Below are positions 47,766-57,355 of a stretch of DNA of 64,000 nucleotides, one piece after another; position 1 is the first letter of the stretch, and each line of letters starts with the position of its first letter. Source of the stretch: a virus (Duplodnaviria > Caudoviricetes); the IMG/VR virus record IMGVR_UViG_3300040801_001355, positions 11,750 through 75,749 of that record; one strand, written 5' to 3'. The notes below the pieces were generated by a model, which was not told the DNA's origin, ran no database searches, and worked only from the letters and a program-made list of their open reading frames with translations. The translations under genes and the position numbers were made by a program.

Positions 47766-49113
47766 CGGATATTTCGTATTGTTCTGCCACAATTTCCGCT
47801 TCCAACGTAAACAAGTCTTCGACAGTTACAAGGGGTTCGCCACAATCTTCGCAATACAACAATACTTTCTCCATATCTATGTCGGATATATCGTTATCCT
47901 TTTTATCCAATGTGTCAGAGTATAAATCATATGCAAAGTCACGTATCTCATACTTGTTGTATTCAGTATCACAGTGCTTACAGAAGTAAGCGTCGTCGAA
48001 GTTTTCGTTTAAAGTTGGTGGTAAAAAACTGTCAACCGCTGCGTCATCTTTAAATGGAGGCTCATCAAATTGATAGTAATCACCGTAATCATTGTACGAA
48101 TATATCCCTTCCCACATCTTACCCTTGCCACGATAAGAGTATCGTGGTGCAGGTTCGCGTTCTACCAATAAATTTTTCCAATTCAATTGAAGCAGAGCGT
48201 TAATAAGTGTCGTCATAAACAATATATCTTGCGACTCATTGCGTGAGTGCTGGTCAAAGTAACCGACACTAATATTTGTGCACTCAGCTATATACGGAGC
48301 AAACTCACGTGAGTCTGTGTATACACCTGTTGGGTCAGGCGACATAAAGACACCATACTTTGCAAGTTCATCACTGAGTGACAGAGCGAACGCGTCTGAT
48401 GCAGTTGTGTAACCCGCTTGTTGCGTGACTATAGAGTCATACCCACGTCTATCAAACGATATAACTATATTTATATCCCGCAGTGGGTGGTCGCTGCTAT
48501 TACCTGTATATGTAGGATACTTAGGGGGCGTGATGGAAAACTCCGTGGACTCAACCTCTTTATAAACGTACTTATATTTAGGCCACTTATCTTTCTTGCT
48601 TTTATCTTCAACACGTACGCTCTCCATTTTGGTGGTAGTTTTTTGTTCACCGTATTGCGAAGGGTTGCCGCTATATAAATCCAATACGTTCCTATCAAAA
48701 TCTGTAGCTGATGCGGTCGAACCTTGACACCCACATTCTTCGTCTACAAAAAATGCGTATATTCCAGGCACATTATTCTTCATCATAAAATCCATTATTG
48801 TTATGCCGCTTTTGTCGTCAGCTCCCAACACTTCGCCATGTGTAGCTCGTACATATCTGCCATCTGAATCGTGTATGACCTGACGATAATGAGCCGACAC
48901 ATCATCCATGTGTGCAGCGAACATAACGTTGGGCTTGTATCCTATGACACAATAAATGTTGCCGCTCTTATCAAAATATTGCTTGGCATCGTAACGTGGT
49001 ATTTTGTCGTAAAATCTATAGCTCTCTCCCGACGGGATGTTATACTCAGTATATTTCAAAAACGTCTTACGTACTTGCGTTGGCGTTACTTTATAAGTTT
49101 CCATTTTCTTCAT
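47755..49113 (-). CDS. M28/M20-like zinc peptidase with C-terminal zinc ribbon
   Basis: FAAHMDD, LGADDKSG, DEECG, SFDRRG, YTDS, NISVGY..QH; CKHC..CEDC. Confidence 0.85.
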   Translation of the reverse strand: MKKMETYKVTPTQVRKTFLKYTEYNIPSGESYRFYDKIPRYDAKQYFDKSGNIYCVIGYKPNVMFAAHMDDVSAHYRQVIHDSDGRYVRATHGEVLGADDKSGITIMDFMMKNNVPGIYAFFVDEECGCQGSTASATDFDRNVLDLYSGNPSQYGEQKTTTKMESVRVEDKSKKDKWPKYKYVYKEVESTEFSITPPKYPTYTGNSSDHPLRDINIVISFDRRGYDSIVTQQAGYTTASDAFALSLSDELAKYGVFMSPDPTGVYTDSREFAPYIAECTNISVGYFDQHSRNESQDILFMTTLINALLQLNWKNLLVEREPAPRYSYRGKGKMWEGIYSYNDYGDYYQFDEPPFKDDAAVDSFLPPTLNENFDDAYFCKHCDTEYNKYEIRDFAYDLYSDTLDKKDNDISDIDMEKVLLYCEDCGEPLVTVEDLFTLEAEIVAEQYEISDEK

Positions 49114-49132
49114 TTAAGACTCCTAAAATTTA

Positions 49133-50812
49133 TTAAAAAGGTATTGGTTCTGCAGGCTCTTCTGTCGTCTGCTTTACTTCGGGGCGCTGTTTGATAACGT
49201 CTTGTATTCTCTTTACAAACTCTGACATTGAAATATCGCGTGTATGTCCTATGACTGACACCCTACGAATAATGTCGTTACTTATCTTTACGTCATCGGG
49301 GTTTGGGATTTTTATCATAGCTCTCTTGTGATTGTCGTCCCACCCAAAAGCATAAGACGGTACGTAAATAAATGGAAATATATTAGATAGTGCATGACGC
49401 ATAACATAAGCCCACTTTTCTGTCGGCATAAAAGGACGGTGTCTATTCGATAAGACGAATACGTCTGTTGTCATAACGTTCTTTCTACCAAGTGTTATAT
49501 GCCAACCAGCATCACCGTAGCGTTCTAACACTATTGTTGTGTTGTCTAACATAACCGCGCTCTCATACCTGATGTCAGATAGTGGGATTGAACAACCAAG
49601 ATTATCTGTTGACCTATTTTCAGTTGACCCTTGTATCCAGCATAACGCCTTATTGGGTTCGCGTTCTAATAATTCCCCTGCTTTTTTCAGCGACAAAATA
49701 TTGACGTAATTTTTTTGTTGTTCCATTGCGTTATCAATTTGGATTCTTGGCATTGCGTTACGCACGTTATCCATATAAGGGAAGTAACCCGTACGTGACA
49801 CAATATGATAATGGCTATCGTCTGTTAACGGCAGACTGTCACACTCAGCCCACTCAACCCACGTAGAACCATAAGTTTTGTCTAAGTATTTCTTAACAAC
49901 TTGCGTAAGACTCCTTTTGAAAGACTCCTCGTTCTGCGTAGAGTATACTCGTGGCACATGGTAATGTTTAGCGTCGTGATTAACGTATATTATACCACGT
50001 GACACTATTTTATCGCGCACTTTATAGTAACCTATGAATACATTGTCGTGTAATTTGGAAGAGTAAGCATAACAATCATTTAATATGTTAAGCGGGTTAG
50101 GCGATAAGCATGAGTACGGTCCAGGTGAAGCCTCATCATTTGCGTATACTTCTTCAACGATAGACTTGTAAGTATCAGGATAATTTGACTCATCACACGC
50201 TGGCTGAATGACGATTTTGTCAGTTTGCACGAATGTTTCTGCTGCCTTAGTCGCCACAACTTCTAACGTTGCGCCAGCTACTACATTATACAGTGACTTT
50301 AGATATTTAGTCGTAGCTTTGGATTCTATAATTGCATCCGCATCTTTTGTATCGCACATCGCATGCCCCCGACTTTTAGTCGTCACATAATTTTGCAACC
50401 TTATATTGTCGCTATCTAAATCGGCCTCATTTTCAACGTGTAAGCGTAGAATTGGACATATTATTGTATACGTTACGCCACCAATTACAGCCTTATATAA
50501 ACGCATTTTCTTTAACTCAGTCTTGAGATAGGTTTTAGCGAGACTCCAACTCTTTCCGTTGTCGTGGGATATATAGACGCCTCTTTCATATAACCCCCAT
50601 AACGCATCGTTATCAAAAGGTAACTCTATAATGGTAGTAGAAGCGTCTAATTTAACATAGTGGTTTTCGTAAACCCTTTCTGTCTCTAATGCAACGTTTG
50701 TTGTCAACGCGCTTGTTGTCAACGCATTTATTGCTACGTCTGCTGGGTCTGTAGAAAGCGACGTAAAATTTTCGCGTTTTATATTTACTGTGTTTAAATC
50801 AGTTAATCGCAT
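49133..50812 (-). CDS. SC(M/L)-domain protein, paralogue 1
   Basis: GPYSCLS..CYAYSS..NVFIGY..IVSRGII..RVYS..FPYMDN; GGAGG upstream of ATG 50812. Confidence 0.6.
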   Translation of the reverse strand: MRLTDLNTVNIKRENFTSLSTDPADVAINALTTSALTTNVALETERVYENHYVKLDASTTIIELPFDNDALWGLYERGVYISHDNGKSWSLAKTYLKTELKKMRLYKAVIGGVTYTIICPILRLHVENEADLDSDNIRLQNYVTTKSRGHAMCDTKDADAIIESKATTKYLKSLYNVVAGATLEVVATKAAETFVQTDKIVIQPACDESNYPDTYKSIVEEVYANDEASPGPYSCLSPNPLNILNDCYAYSSKLHDNVFIGYYKVRDKIVSRGIIYVNHDAKHYHVPRVYSTQNEESFKRSLTQVVKKYLDKTYGSTWVEWAECDSLPLTDDSHYHIVSRTGYFPYMDNVRNAMPRIQIDNAMEQQKNYVNILSLKKAGELLEREPNKALCWIQGSTENRSTDNLGCSIPLSDIRYESAVMLDNTTIVLERYGDAGWHITLGRKNVMTTDVFVLSNRHRPFMPTEKWAYVMRHALSNIFPFIYVPSYAFGWDDNHKRAMIKIPNPDDVKISNDIIRRVSVIGHTRDISMSEFVKRIQDVIKQRPEVKQTTEEPAEPIPF

Positions 50813-51948
50813 TCTTCCTCCCAGCCCCACGTGCCATCAGCCTGCGGCTCCCAAGTCGCATAGTTTGCTGAAACGTAGTCTCCGTTTATTGTAATAACGT
50901 CAAAATCTTTACTGCCATATAACGCGGTTAATCCATGTGAATCTGTATCTGTATATGCCTCAGTATCGTATATCAACTCTTTACTCCCGCCTAACACTAA
51001 GCAGCTTGATGCTTCTTCAATACGTGCAAATCCGTCGATATAAGGGACGATGTATTCTCCGCAACAACCAGGATTAGGGGCGACTTTAACGCTTATTGTT
51101 TTCTCGTAATCTTCATTAAAAGTGTGCACGCTTACTACTGCGTCAGCATCTACAAAATATTCTTTAAGTTTATTCATCGCTAACTTTCTAAATATGTTGT
51201 TGTTTACTTGTGCATATGTGTCATTCAAAACAACTACTTTTTCATCGTCAGTTATAAATGCTAAGCCTCTCGCAACAATGGTATCGCTGCTATTAACTGC
51301 GTAAACTATAAACACATTGCCCTTTTCTTTAGAAGAATGTGCATAAAACGTATTCAATACGTTACTTATGTTGTTCGACATACATGAACGCGGCCCCTCT
51401 TTATACACTTGTTCTATGATGGTTTCGTGTAAATTTGTCGTTGGTTCTGCGTGTGCAGGTTCAATGTAAATGTCCCAATCCATTTGACGTTTAATTTCAT
51501 CTTTAATAGCGCCAAATATATCAGCGTATATTTCAAACCACTGTTGTTTGTTTAAAGTAACGTTGTCATAATATTTTACTGACCTTTTTGCGAGTTCACG
51601 CAAGGTTTTACGTAAAGCCTCACCTCCAATCAAAACTAACTTACCGTTTTCATAGGCCATCGTCATAGCGCCAATGCGTGAGTATACGTAGTGACTTTTA
51701 CGTAACATACGTCTGACACTGTATTTAGAGTTAGTTACTACGTGTTCTTCATCAATTCTATTCCCTAAAGAATCTACTTGTATTATTGCGTCTTTTAGAA
51801 TTACGTATGCTCTATGAAACGCGTGGTATATAGGTGACTTATTAGTGTAGGGTATTTGAATGTTGTATGTTGTATCGTCATGTGGAATGTTCACATGAAA
51901 TGTACCTATCTCTACTTCGCGTGTTTCTGTCGAGTTATGCCGCGGCAT
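50803..51948 (-). CDS. SC(M/L)-domain protein, paralogue 2
   Basis: GPRSCMS..FYAHSS..NVFIVY..IVARGL..VPYIDG. Confidence 0.6.
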   Translation of the reverse strand: MPRHNSTETREVEIGTFHVNIPHDDTTYNIQIPYTNKSPIYHAFHRAYVILKDAIIQVDSLGNRIDEEHVVTNSKYSVRRMLRKSHYVYSRIGAMTMAYENGKLVLIGGEALRKTLRELAKRSVKYYDNVTLNKQQWFEIYADIFGAIKDEIKRQMDWDIYIEPAHAEPTTNLHETIIEQVYKEGPRSCMSNNISNVLNTFYAHSSKEKGNVFIVYAVNSSDTIVARGLAFITDDEKVVVLNDTYAQVNNNIFRKLAMNKLKEYFVDADAVVSVHTFNEDYEKTISVKVAPNPGCCGEYIVPYIDGFARIEEASSCLVLGGSKELIYDTEAYTDTDSHGLTALYGSKDFDVITINGDYVSANYATWEPQADGTWGWEEECD

Positions 51949-54001
51949 TATTGACCTCCATTAAATTTAGTTGTCCTTGTGCGTTAGTTTTTGTGTATCC
52001 TTTTACAAAATACTTTATATCGTCGTGTATTATTTCGCCCCAATCGTATTTAACTCCGCTTTTGTGTCCTAATTCAAAGTGCTCCATGAAAGAACCGTCT
52101 ATTAAAGAGTGAAGCGGGACAAATTTAACGACTTCAAATATCCTGTCGTCATCGTATGCCAGGGCTTTAATAGGCACGTCAAGCGTTAAAAATTCTGACT
52201 GTGTAAAACCCCAAGGTTCAGAGGGCTTACGCACTAAGCATAATTTGCCACTTCTATATTGCAAGTAGCCGCTTTCAATCATACCTGTAATGTCAAGCGT
52301 ATGATATTTATGCGCATAACATTCCACGTAGTCAGTCCAACTATCTACATCGGGGATGGCATAAGATTCGTTCATACACGAATTTTCCTCAACTATGAGA
52401 ACTCCTCTATCCGCATGAAGACTAAAAGCCGACGGCTTCACACACAAGTACTTTTTATTGGTTGCACGATAACCATATAAATCTGGCTCGTCGTTTACAG
52501 GCACATAATCTGACCCCACTATGCTTCCTGTGCTCTCTATTACGTCAATAGATTTATAATCGTCGTCGTTTACATCAATATAATCTTTAATTATATCACT
52601 ATATACTATATCTTCGTGATGTATGTCGACCTGCGAATCGTAAGTTTGAGAGTAAACAGCGTCATCTTCTGCAACATATGAATCGTGATATTCTGACCAT
52701 GCGTAGTCTGAAAGATGTATATATCGTGCCCTTCCATCATCATACACAATGTCGTAATCTTCAATATGATAATATTCATCTTGCTCTTCGATGTATACCG
52801 CTTCGTCGTCGGGGACGTATTCTCCAAGATTCGGGATATATACACGATCGCCACAGTCATCGGCTGAAAAATGCGTCGGGCCGCCGTTATCTCTGTAATG
52901 GTGCTTGTCATTATCGCCGCCTAACAGAAGTTGGTCATAATATCTGTTAGATATATCGGCATATTTATTTGGCAATGACTCGTATTCTATAGCGTCAATA
53001 CCATCCCAACTATCTATGTATGGGACTAATTCATCTTTATCTTTAACTAACACAGTAACCGTGCACCCAGAACTTTCCGCGTCAAAAACATCTTTATATA
53101 TCGTCGCATTTGGGTACATTTCTTTTAATTCGTCAGCCACTTGCACGACAAAAGCATAGTCGTATGTTGTGCGTGATGAGTATGGTTTTGCGATAATAAG
53201 CTCGTCTTTATCTTCGTTATCTGTGACAAAAACTAATGACCGTGCTAATATATTATCGTTCTCATCTTTGCCGTATGCTATATGCACGTTATTAAGAATC
53301 TGCGAACTGAACGCATACGTATTAGTTAAAGCTACCCTGCCATCTCTATCCCGCGCCATACATGACGTAGGTTTAGCGTCGTTATAAATATCTACGACAT
53401 TTTGGTTGCATGGCATAACTTGGATATGCAGTTTACCATATTTGCGTTTGTGGTAATCAGCAATACTTTTTAAAGCCGCCGTTAAATAAGTTGCCGCCTT
53501 CTTGCGTATAGGCTTAAGTAATGACGAATAAGTTATTATGGAATCCATTATTTTACTACCATTATCTTGGGGTTCAATTCTACGCTCTTTATTACGTAAC
53601 CTACGACTATTGTTCATCGGGAAATTCCAGTGCATACGCTTATTCTCGCTGTCCCAACAACAGTACCTATATAACATCATTCTGCCGTCTCTCTTTATCG
53701 TATACTTTGTTTCAACAAGATGTAGGCTATTCTTAACCATAGCTTTAATCGGGATTAAGTTGTCTTCTTCCCACGTATCAGCCATCTTTAAGCCCCATAT
53801 TTGACCTTTGTAATGAACTACGTAAAAATTGACGCTATTCATAAGTTCGTCAATTGCCTCGCGATTGTTGTTGGGGTTATCAAAAATATTTAACGCATTT
53901 AGTTGTTTTAACGCGTCTGGACACGCTTCTCTTTGGGAGTCGGCAGTAAACGGTTCTTGATGTCGAAAGAAATCGTCCCCGCTTATATAACTGTAATACA
54001 T
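51935..54001 (-). CDS. SC(M/L)-domain protein, paralogue 3, with D/Y-rich repeats
   Basis: KPTSCMA..TYAFSS..NVHIAY..ILARSL..KPYS..VPYIDS; AGGAGG upstream of ATG 54001. Confidence 0.6.
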   Translation of the reverse strand: MYYSYISGDDFFRHQEPFTADSQREACPDALKQLNALNIFDNPNNNREAIDELMNSVNFYVVHYKGQIWGLKMADTWEEDNLIPIKAMVKNSLHLVETKYTIKRDGRMMLYRYCCWDSENKRMHWNFPMNNSRRLRNKERRIEPQDNGSKIMDSIITYSSLLKPIRKKAATYLTAALKSIADYHKRKYGKLHIQVMPCNQNVVDIYNDAKPTSCMARDRDGRVALTNTYAFSSQILNNVHIAYGKDENDNILARSLVFVTDNEDKDELIIAKPYSSRTTYDYAFVVQVADELKEMYPNATIYKDVFDAESSGCTVTVLVKDKDELVPYIDSWDGIDAIEYESLPNKYADISNRYYDQLLLGGDNDKHHYRDNGGPTHFSADDCGDRVYIPNLGEYVPDDEAVYIEEQDEYYHIEDYDIVYDDGRARYIHLSDYAWSEYHDSYVAEDDAVYSQTYDSQVDIHHEDIVYSDIIKDYIDVNDDDYKSIDVIESTGSIVGSDYVPVNDEPDLYGYRATNKKYLCVKPSAFSLHADRGVLIVEENSCMNESYAIPDVDSWTDYVECYAHKYHTLDITGMIESGYLQYRSGKLCLVRKPSEPWGFTQSEFLTLDVPIKALAYDDDRIFEVVKFVPLHSLIDGSFMEHFELGHKSGVKYDWGEIIHDDIKYFVKGYTKTNAQGQLNLMEVNNAAA

Positions 54002-54020
54002 TTTGCCTCCTATAAAATTA

Positions 54021-54055
54021 AAAATAAAAGGGCGACGCACTCATAATACGTCGCC
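54021..54055 (-). terminator. Terminator-like hairpin
   Basis: GGCGACG-N11-CGTCGCC (54031-54055) followed on the minus strand by CTTTTATTTT. Confidence 0.5.
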
Positions 54056-54061
54056 ATATAT

Positions 54062-54718
54062 TTACTTCGCATCAATATTTACTGTATCGATATTAATAAC
54101 GATATGAGGTGTGCCTGTGCTGTTGCCACGTGACAATAAGAGTGATAAAAAATCGCCAAGAGACACATTTAAAGCGTCTTGTGTATCATTATCATCTTCT
54201 ACCACTTCTTCTGTCGTCGTATCTTCTGTCGTTGCGTCCTGCGCGTCTTGCGTGTCGTTAACTCCGCTGTTGAGTTCTATTAACGCGCCGTCAAAATAAC
54301 TCATAAGTTCGGTTACGTTGTTTTGGAATACGTCGTCATCATATTCGTCATCTATGTCGATTGGATAATAATCCTTAAAATACGACTTAGAACTACGATT
54401 TGCAGCACAAATATCCCACAAATCTCTATCTGTTTCGATAGTTTTGTCAGATGATTCAGAGTAATTCCCGACGTTATATTTGATACGAGATACTTTCCAT
54501 TTGCCATCGTCTGTTTTAGACTTAGCAATACGTGCGTAAATATCCGCCAAATCCAACGATTCTTCTAACGTTTTATTCAACGCTAACTGAAACACCGCTA
54601 TACGTAGTAGTATTTCGTTTACTTCTTCTTGCGTCATTACTCGCTGGGCATCTCCCAATGCGTTTGTAAATGTCTCTGTCGCTTCTTGGCGACTTCTTTC
54701 TACTAATTGACGTATCAT
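54062..54718 (-). CDS. Hypothetical acidic early protein
   Basis: 218 aa, GAGGAGG RBS. Confidence 0.55.
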   Translation of the reverse strand: MIRQLVERSRQEATETFTNALGDAQRVMTQEEVNEILLRIAVFQLALNKTLEESLDLADIYARIAKSKTDDGKWKVSRIKYNVGNYSESSDKTIETDRDLWDICAANRSSKSYFKDYYPIDIDDEYDDDVFQNNVTELMSYFDGALIELNSGVNDTQDAQDATTEDTTTEEVVEDDNDTQDALNVSLGDFLSLLLSRGNSTGTPHIVINIDTVNIDAK

Positions 54719-54773
54719 TACGTCCTCCTCTAATTAATTATTAAAAATAACCACGCATCTTACGTGGCACGTT

Positions 54774-54797
54774 AGAACCTCGCCTTAACGAGGCTCT
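54774..54797 (-). promoter_or_regulatory. UUAAGG-loop stem-loop, copy 1
   Basis: RNA AGAGCCUCG-UUAAGG-CGAGGUUCU, 9 bp with one G-U. Confidence 0.85.
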
Positions 54798-54828
54798 CAC
54801 GATTAAAGTATAAAATGTATATAATGTT

Positions 54829-55011
54829 CTACGTATTTTGTACGTTATCCTCTAACTCGTCTAATTTGCCGATAAACTCAGACGTCATCTTAAGACGTAC
54901 CTGTGCTTCGTGGCAGCCAGGGTAATCTTCGTCGTCTAATGATAAGTGTAAATCATTATCGTATAAATTGAGTTTCTCAAGATAATATTTACGTAATTCT
55001 TTTATCGTCAT
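54829..55011 (-). CDS. Small early protein
   Basis: 60 aa, GGAGGATTT-ATG leader. Confidence 0.55.
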   Translation of the reverse strand: MTIKELRKYYLEKLNLYDNDLHLSLDDEDYPGCHEAQVRLKMTSEFIGKLDELEDNVQNT

Positions 55012-55022
55012 AAATCCTCCGA

Positions 55023-55403
55023 TTAATTTAATCTCATTTCAAATTCGCTGTCATTTTTATCTAATTCTTTTTCGACAGAGCTATACGTTTTTTCCATGAC
55101 TGTTTTTATGGCGTGCAAAAATAACAAAAGTCCCTCATCATAATGGATGACGTCAATATCGTCGTCGGTTTTAATACTGTCCTCAAAAAACTCGCTTTCT
55201 ACGCCAATGCCTAACTGAAATTCAGACGACACTATTGGATTGTCAAAATTACCTTGAAATATAACCGTTTCGTCAGCCTTATCAAGTATAAAACGTAAGC
55301 TTATAGTTGTAAATTCGTTTGGTGTCACAGTATACATTGCGTCTGACTTAAAGTCATCCGTACATGAGCCGTTTGTATATTTGTCAAAATCAATCTGCTT
55401 CAT
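55023..55403 (-). CDS. Acidic early protein
   Basis: 126 aa, ATGA-coupled to the upstream 53-aa ORF. Confidence 0.55.
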   Translation of the reverse strand: MKQIDFDKYTNGSCTDDFKSDAMYTVTPNEFTTISLRFILDKADETVIFQGNFDNPIVSSEFQLGIGVESEFFEDSIKTDDDIDVIHYDEGLLLFLHAIKTVMEKTYSSVEKELDKNDSEFEMRLN

Positions 55404-55561
55404 CGTTGTCTCCGATATGTGTTTTTATTAATTAATTCTTTGTCGTAAGCATCGAACTCGTTGTAAGTCCGACCGCTCCATATGCCCTTGATACGTGCGG
55501 AAGCTACTACTGCATGACGCAGTGCTACGATAGCCACTCCACATATTAAAAATGTTGTCAT
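55400..55561 (-). CDS. 53-aa early peptide with hydrophobic N-terminus (not in ORF track)
   Basis: MTTFLICGVAIVALRHAVVASARIKGIWSGRTYNEFDAYDKELINKNTYRRQR; preceded by the conserved CTTATAGGAGGATTT leader; TGA overlaps the next ATG. Confidence 0.7.
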   Translation of the reverse strand: MTTFLICGVAIVALRHAVVASARIKGIWSGRTYNEFDAYDKELINKNTYRRQR

Positions 55562-55611
55562 AAATCCTCCTATAAGTATTAAAATTAACGTAGCATTTTA
55601 CTACGTACGAC

Positions 55612-55635
55612 AAGACGTTGCCTTAACAACGCCTT
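55612..55635 (-). promoter_or_regulatory. UUAAGG-loop stem-loop, copy 2
   Basis: RNA AAGGCGUUG-UUAAGG-CAACGUCUU, 9 bp with one G-U. Confidence 0.85.
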
Positions 55636-55640
55636 AGCGA

Positions 55641-55826
55641 TTAATCGTCTTCTGCGTATAATAGTGTGTCAAGTAAAATCAGCCCGTCCATAATTGCAAC
55701 AATCAGTACGTATGAAAACCTCTGACCTTGCGTCCATAACATGGGATTAATAATGCCGAGTATGAATACCCAACACGCAAACGCAATAATTGGTATAGCT
55801 ATCAGTGTTATTATACGTTTTTTCAT
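55641..55826 (-). CDS. Two-TM small membrane protein
   Basis: 61 aa with two hydrophobic helices; ends AEDD. Confidence 0.6.
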   Translation of the reverse strand: MKKRIITLIAIPIIAFACWVFILGIINPMLWTQGQRFSYVLIVAIMDGLILLDTLLYAEDD

Positions 55827-56170
55827 ACGACCCCCAAAGATTCTAATATTGTTTGCGACGATACAGGCATCTCGTTTATATAAACCTTCCCTTCAAACGG
55901 GAAATATTCGCCATGTGAACCAGGCGTCGCTATATACCAATCAAAATCTTTTTGGTACACGTGGACACTTGCTAAGTGGTTTATGCGATTTTTTGTCGCA
56001 GTTGTCACAAAACCTCCGTGTTGCACATATACCCCTCGTTCGTCACGACCTATAATGTCAGTCCAATAATACGTTATTGTCTTGCCATCTGTTCTGTCGT
56101 TTTTTATCGTTTTACTTTCGCCGTTATACCATGCGTCTAAAACTTTTGAAAATCCATCTAAGCGTCTCAT
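55823..56170 (-). CDS. Conserved-type phage early protein
   Basis: GGFVTTATKNRIN..VYQKDFDWY pattern resembling small early proteins seen in other phages; ATGA-coupled. Confidence 0.6.
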   Translation of the reverse strand: MRRLDGFSKVLDAWYNGESKTIKNDRTDGKTITYYWTDIIGRDERGVYVQHGGFVTTATKNRINHLASVHVYQKDFDWYIATPGSHGEYFPFEGKVYINEMPVSSQTILESLGVV

Positions 56171-56511
56171 ATTACGTTCTCCAAAATATCTTCTACATCG
56201 TTATCTAAACACGCTATTACCGTAAATAATTTGTAATTCAATTCTAACTCGTCTTTTATGTGCTGCATAAGTGCGGGGACTTCATCGTCATCTAACACTT
56301 CTATCGTGCTAATGATGTGTGCGTTTATATTCTTTGGGTCTTTTGCGTTATATATCGACCCGCCTTCTCTGTTGTATAAGCGGTAACGTGTAACACACAC
56401 ACTTACCGTTTCAACGTCTTTAACAAAAGAATTGATTGTGTGTTGAATATTATCCAAGCATTCTTCCGCTTCTTTTAACGATGTGATTTCACACCTTAAT
56501 ATTACGTTCAT
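56167..56511 (-). CDS. Early protein
   Basis: 114 aa, CTTATAGGAGGATTT leader. Confidence 0.6.
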   Translation of the reverse strand: MNVILRCEITSLKEAEECLDNIQHTINSFVKDVETVSVCVTRYRLYNREGGSIYNAKDPKNINAHIISTIEVLDDDEVPALMQHIKDELELNYKLFTVIACLDNDVEDILENVI

Positions 56512-56529
56512 AAATCCTCCTATAAGTTG

Positions 56530-56811
56530 TTATATGACTTTAAATTTTTTGTCTGAATTATCGACAAATCGTATCATGTCGTATTCTGACGTAAAGTAGT
56601 AATTCTCGTTATTTATCGCATTTTCAAAGTCTGCAATAGACTTAAAAATACGTCCGTTAGCATCTGCGTATTCAAAAAGCTCCTCGTCACTCGCACTAAT
56701 GAGACGGTTGTCCCACGTGCAAACTATAACGATAACCCGTCCGCCTATTAACTCGCTCACTCTACGTGAACGTTCTCTTTCTTCTATTATGTCTGCGTCA
56801 AATTGTGACAT
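56530..56811 (-). CDS. Early protein
   Basis: 93 aa, CTTATAGGAGGACGTT leader. Confidence 0.6.
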   Translation of the reverse strand: MSQFDADIIEERERSRRVSELIGGRVIVIVCTWDNRLISASDEELFEYADANGRIFKSIADFENAINNENYYFTSEYDMIRFVDNSDKKFKVI

Positions 56812-56863
56812 AACGTCCTCCTATAAGTTAATTAATAACACGTGCCACCATCGACACGCACAC

Positions 56864-56889
56864 AACAACACCGCCTTAACGGTGCTGTT
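56864..56889 (-). promoter_or_regulatory. UUAAGG-loop stem-loop, copy 3
   Basis: RNA AACAGCACCG-UUAAGG-CGGUGUUGUU, 10 bp with one G-U. Confidence 0.85.
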
Positions 56890-56906
56890 ATTATTTATTA
56901 ATCGTC

Positions 56907-57347
56907 TTAATCGTCTTCGCCCGCAATAATAATATATTTGTCGTCCGATACTTTAACCGTCATTGCAGCACCACGTGTCCACCCTTGGACGTAATCAGGG
57001 ATTATATGTATGACGTCGTCAATATCTTCAAATTCCATTGAAACGACAGAATCATTAGTTATTATAAGCGTGTCCATTTGATATGGATATATCGCATAAA
57101 TGACTTCACTCTCTTTTAAACGAGGGTCATTTAATATCTCCTGGATACGTGTTTTCAATGTGTCGTGGAAACGCAAACGCTCAGGGATTACCGCTGCATA
57201 GTTGGCGGTATAAACGCCGTCGCCTAATAGATACACTTTACGTGTGTCGCCAAGCTCTTCTTTAACTTTTGCAAAACTGTCGACCACGTCTTGTGGTTGC
57301 TCTGTGTTAAAGGCTGTCTCAAACCTTCTTGCTTTTATAGCACTCAT
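56907..57347 (-). CDS. Early protein
   Basis: 146 aa, CTTATAGGAGGATTT leader; ends GEDD. Confidence 0.6.
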   Translation of the reverse strand: MSAIKARRFETAFNTEQPQDVVDSFAKVKEELGDTRKVYLLGDGVYTANYAAVIPERLRFHDTLKTRIQEILNDPRLKESEVIYAIYPYQMDTLIITNDSVVSMEFEDIDDVIHIIPDYVQGWTRGAAMTVKVSDDKYIIIAGEDD

Positions 57348-57355
57348 AAATCCTC

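Noticed and set aside
55428-55613. 61-aa ORF from the track
   Set aside because: It starts inside the hairpin region without an RBS. The alternative frame 55400-55561 has the conserved leader and ATGA coupling.
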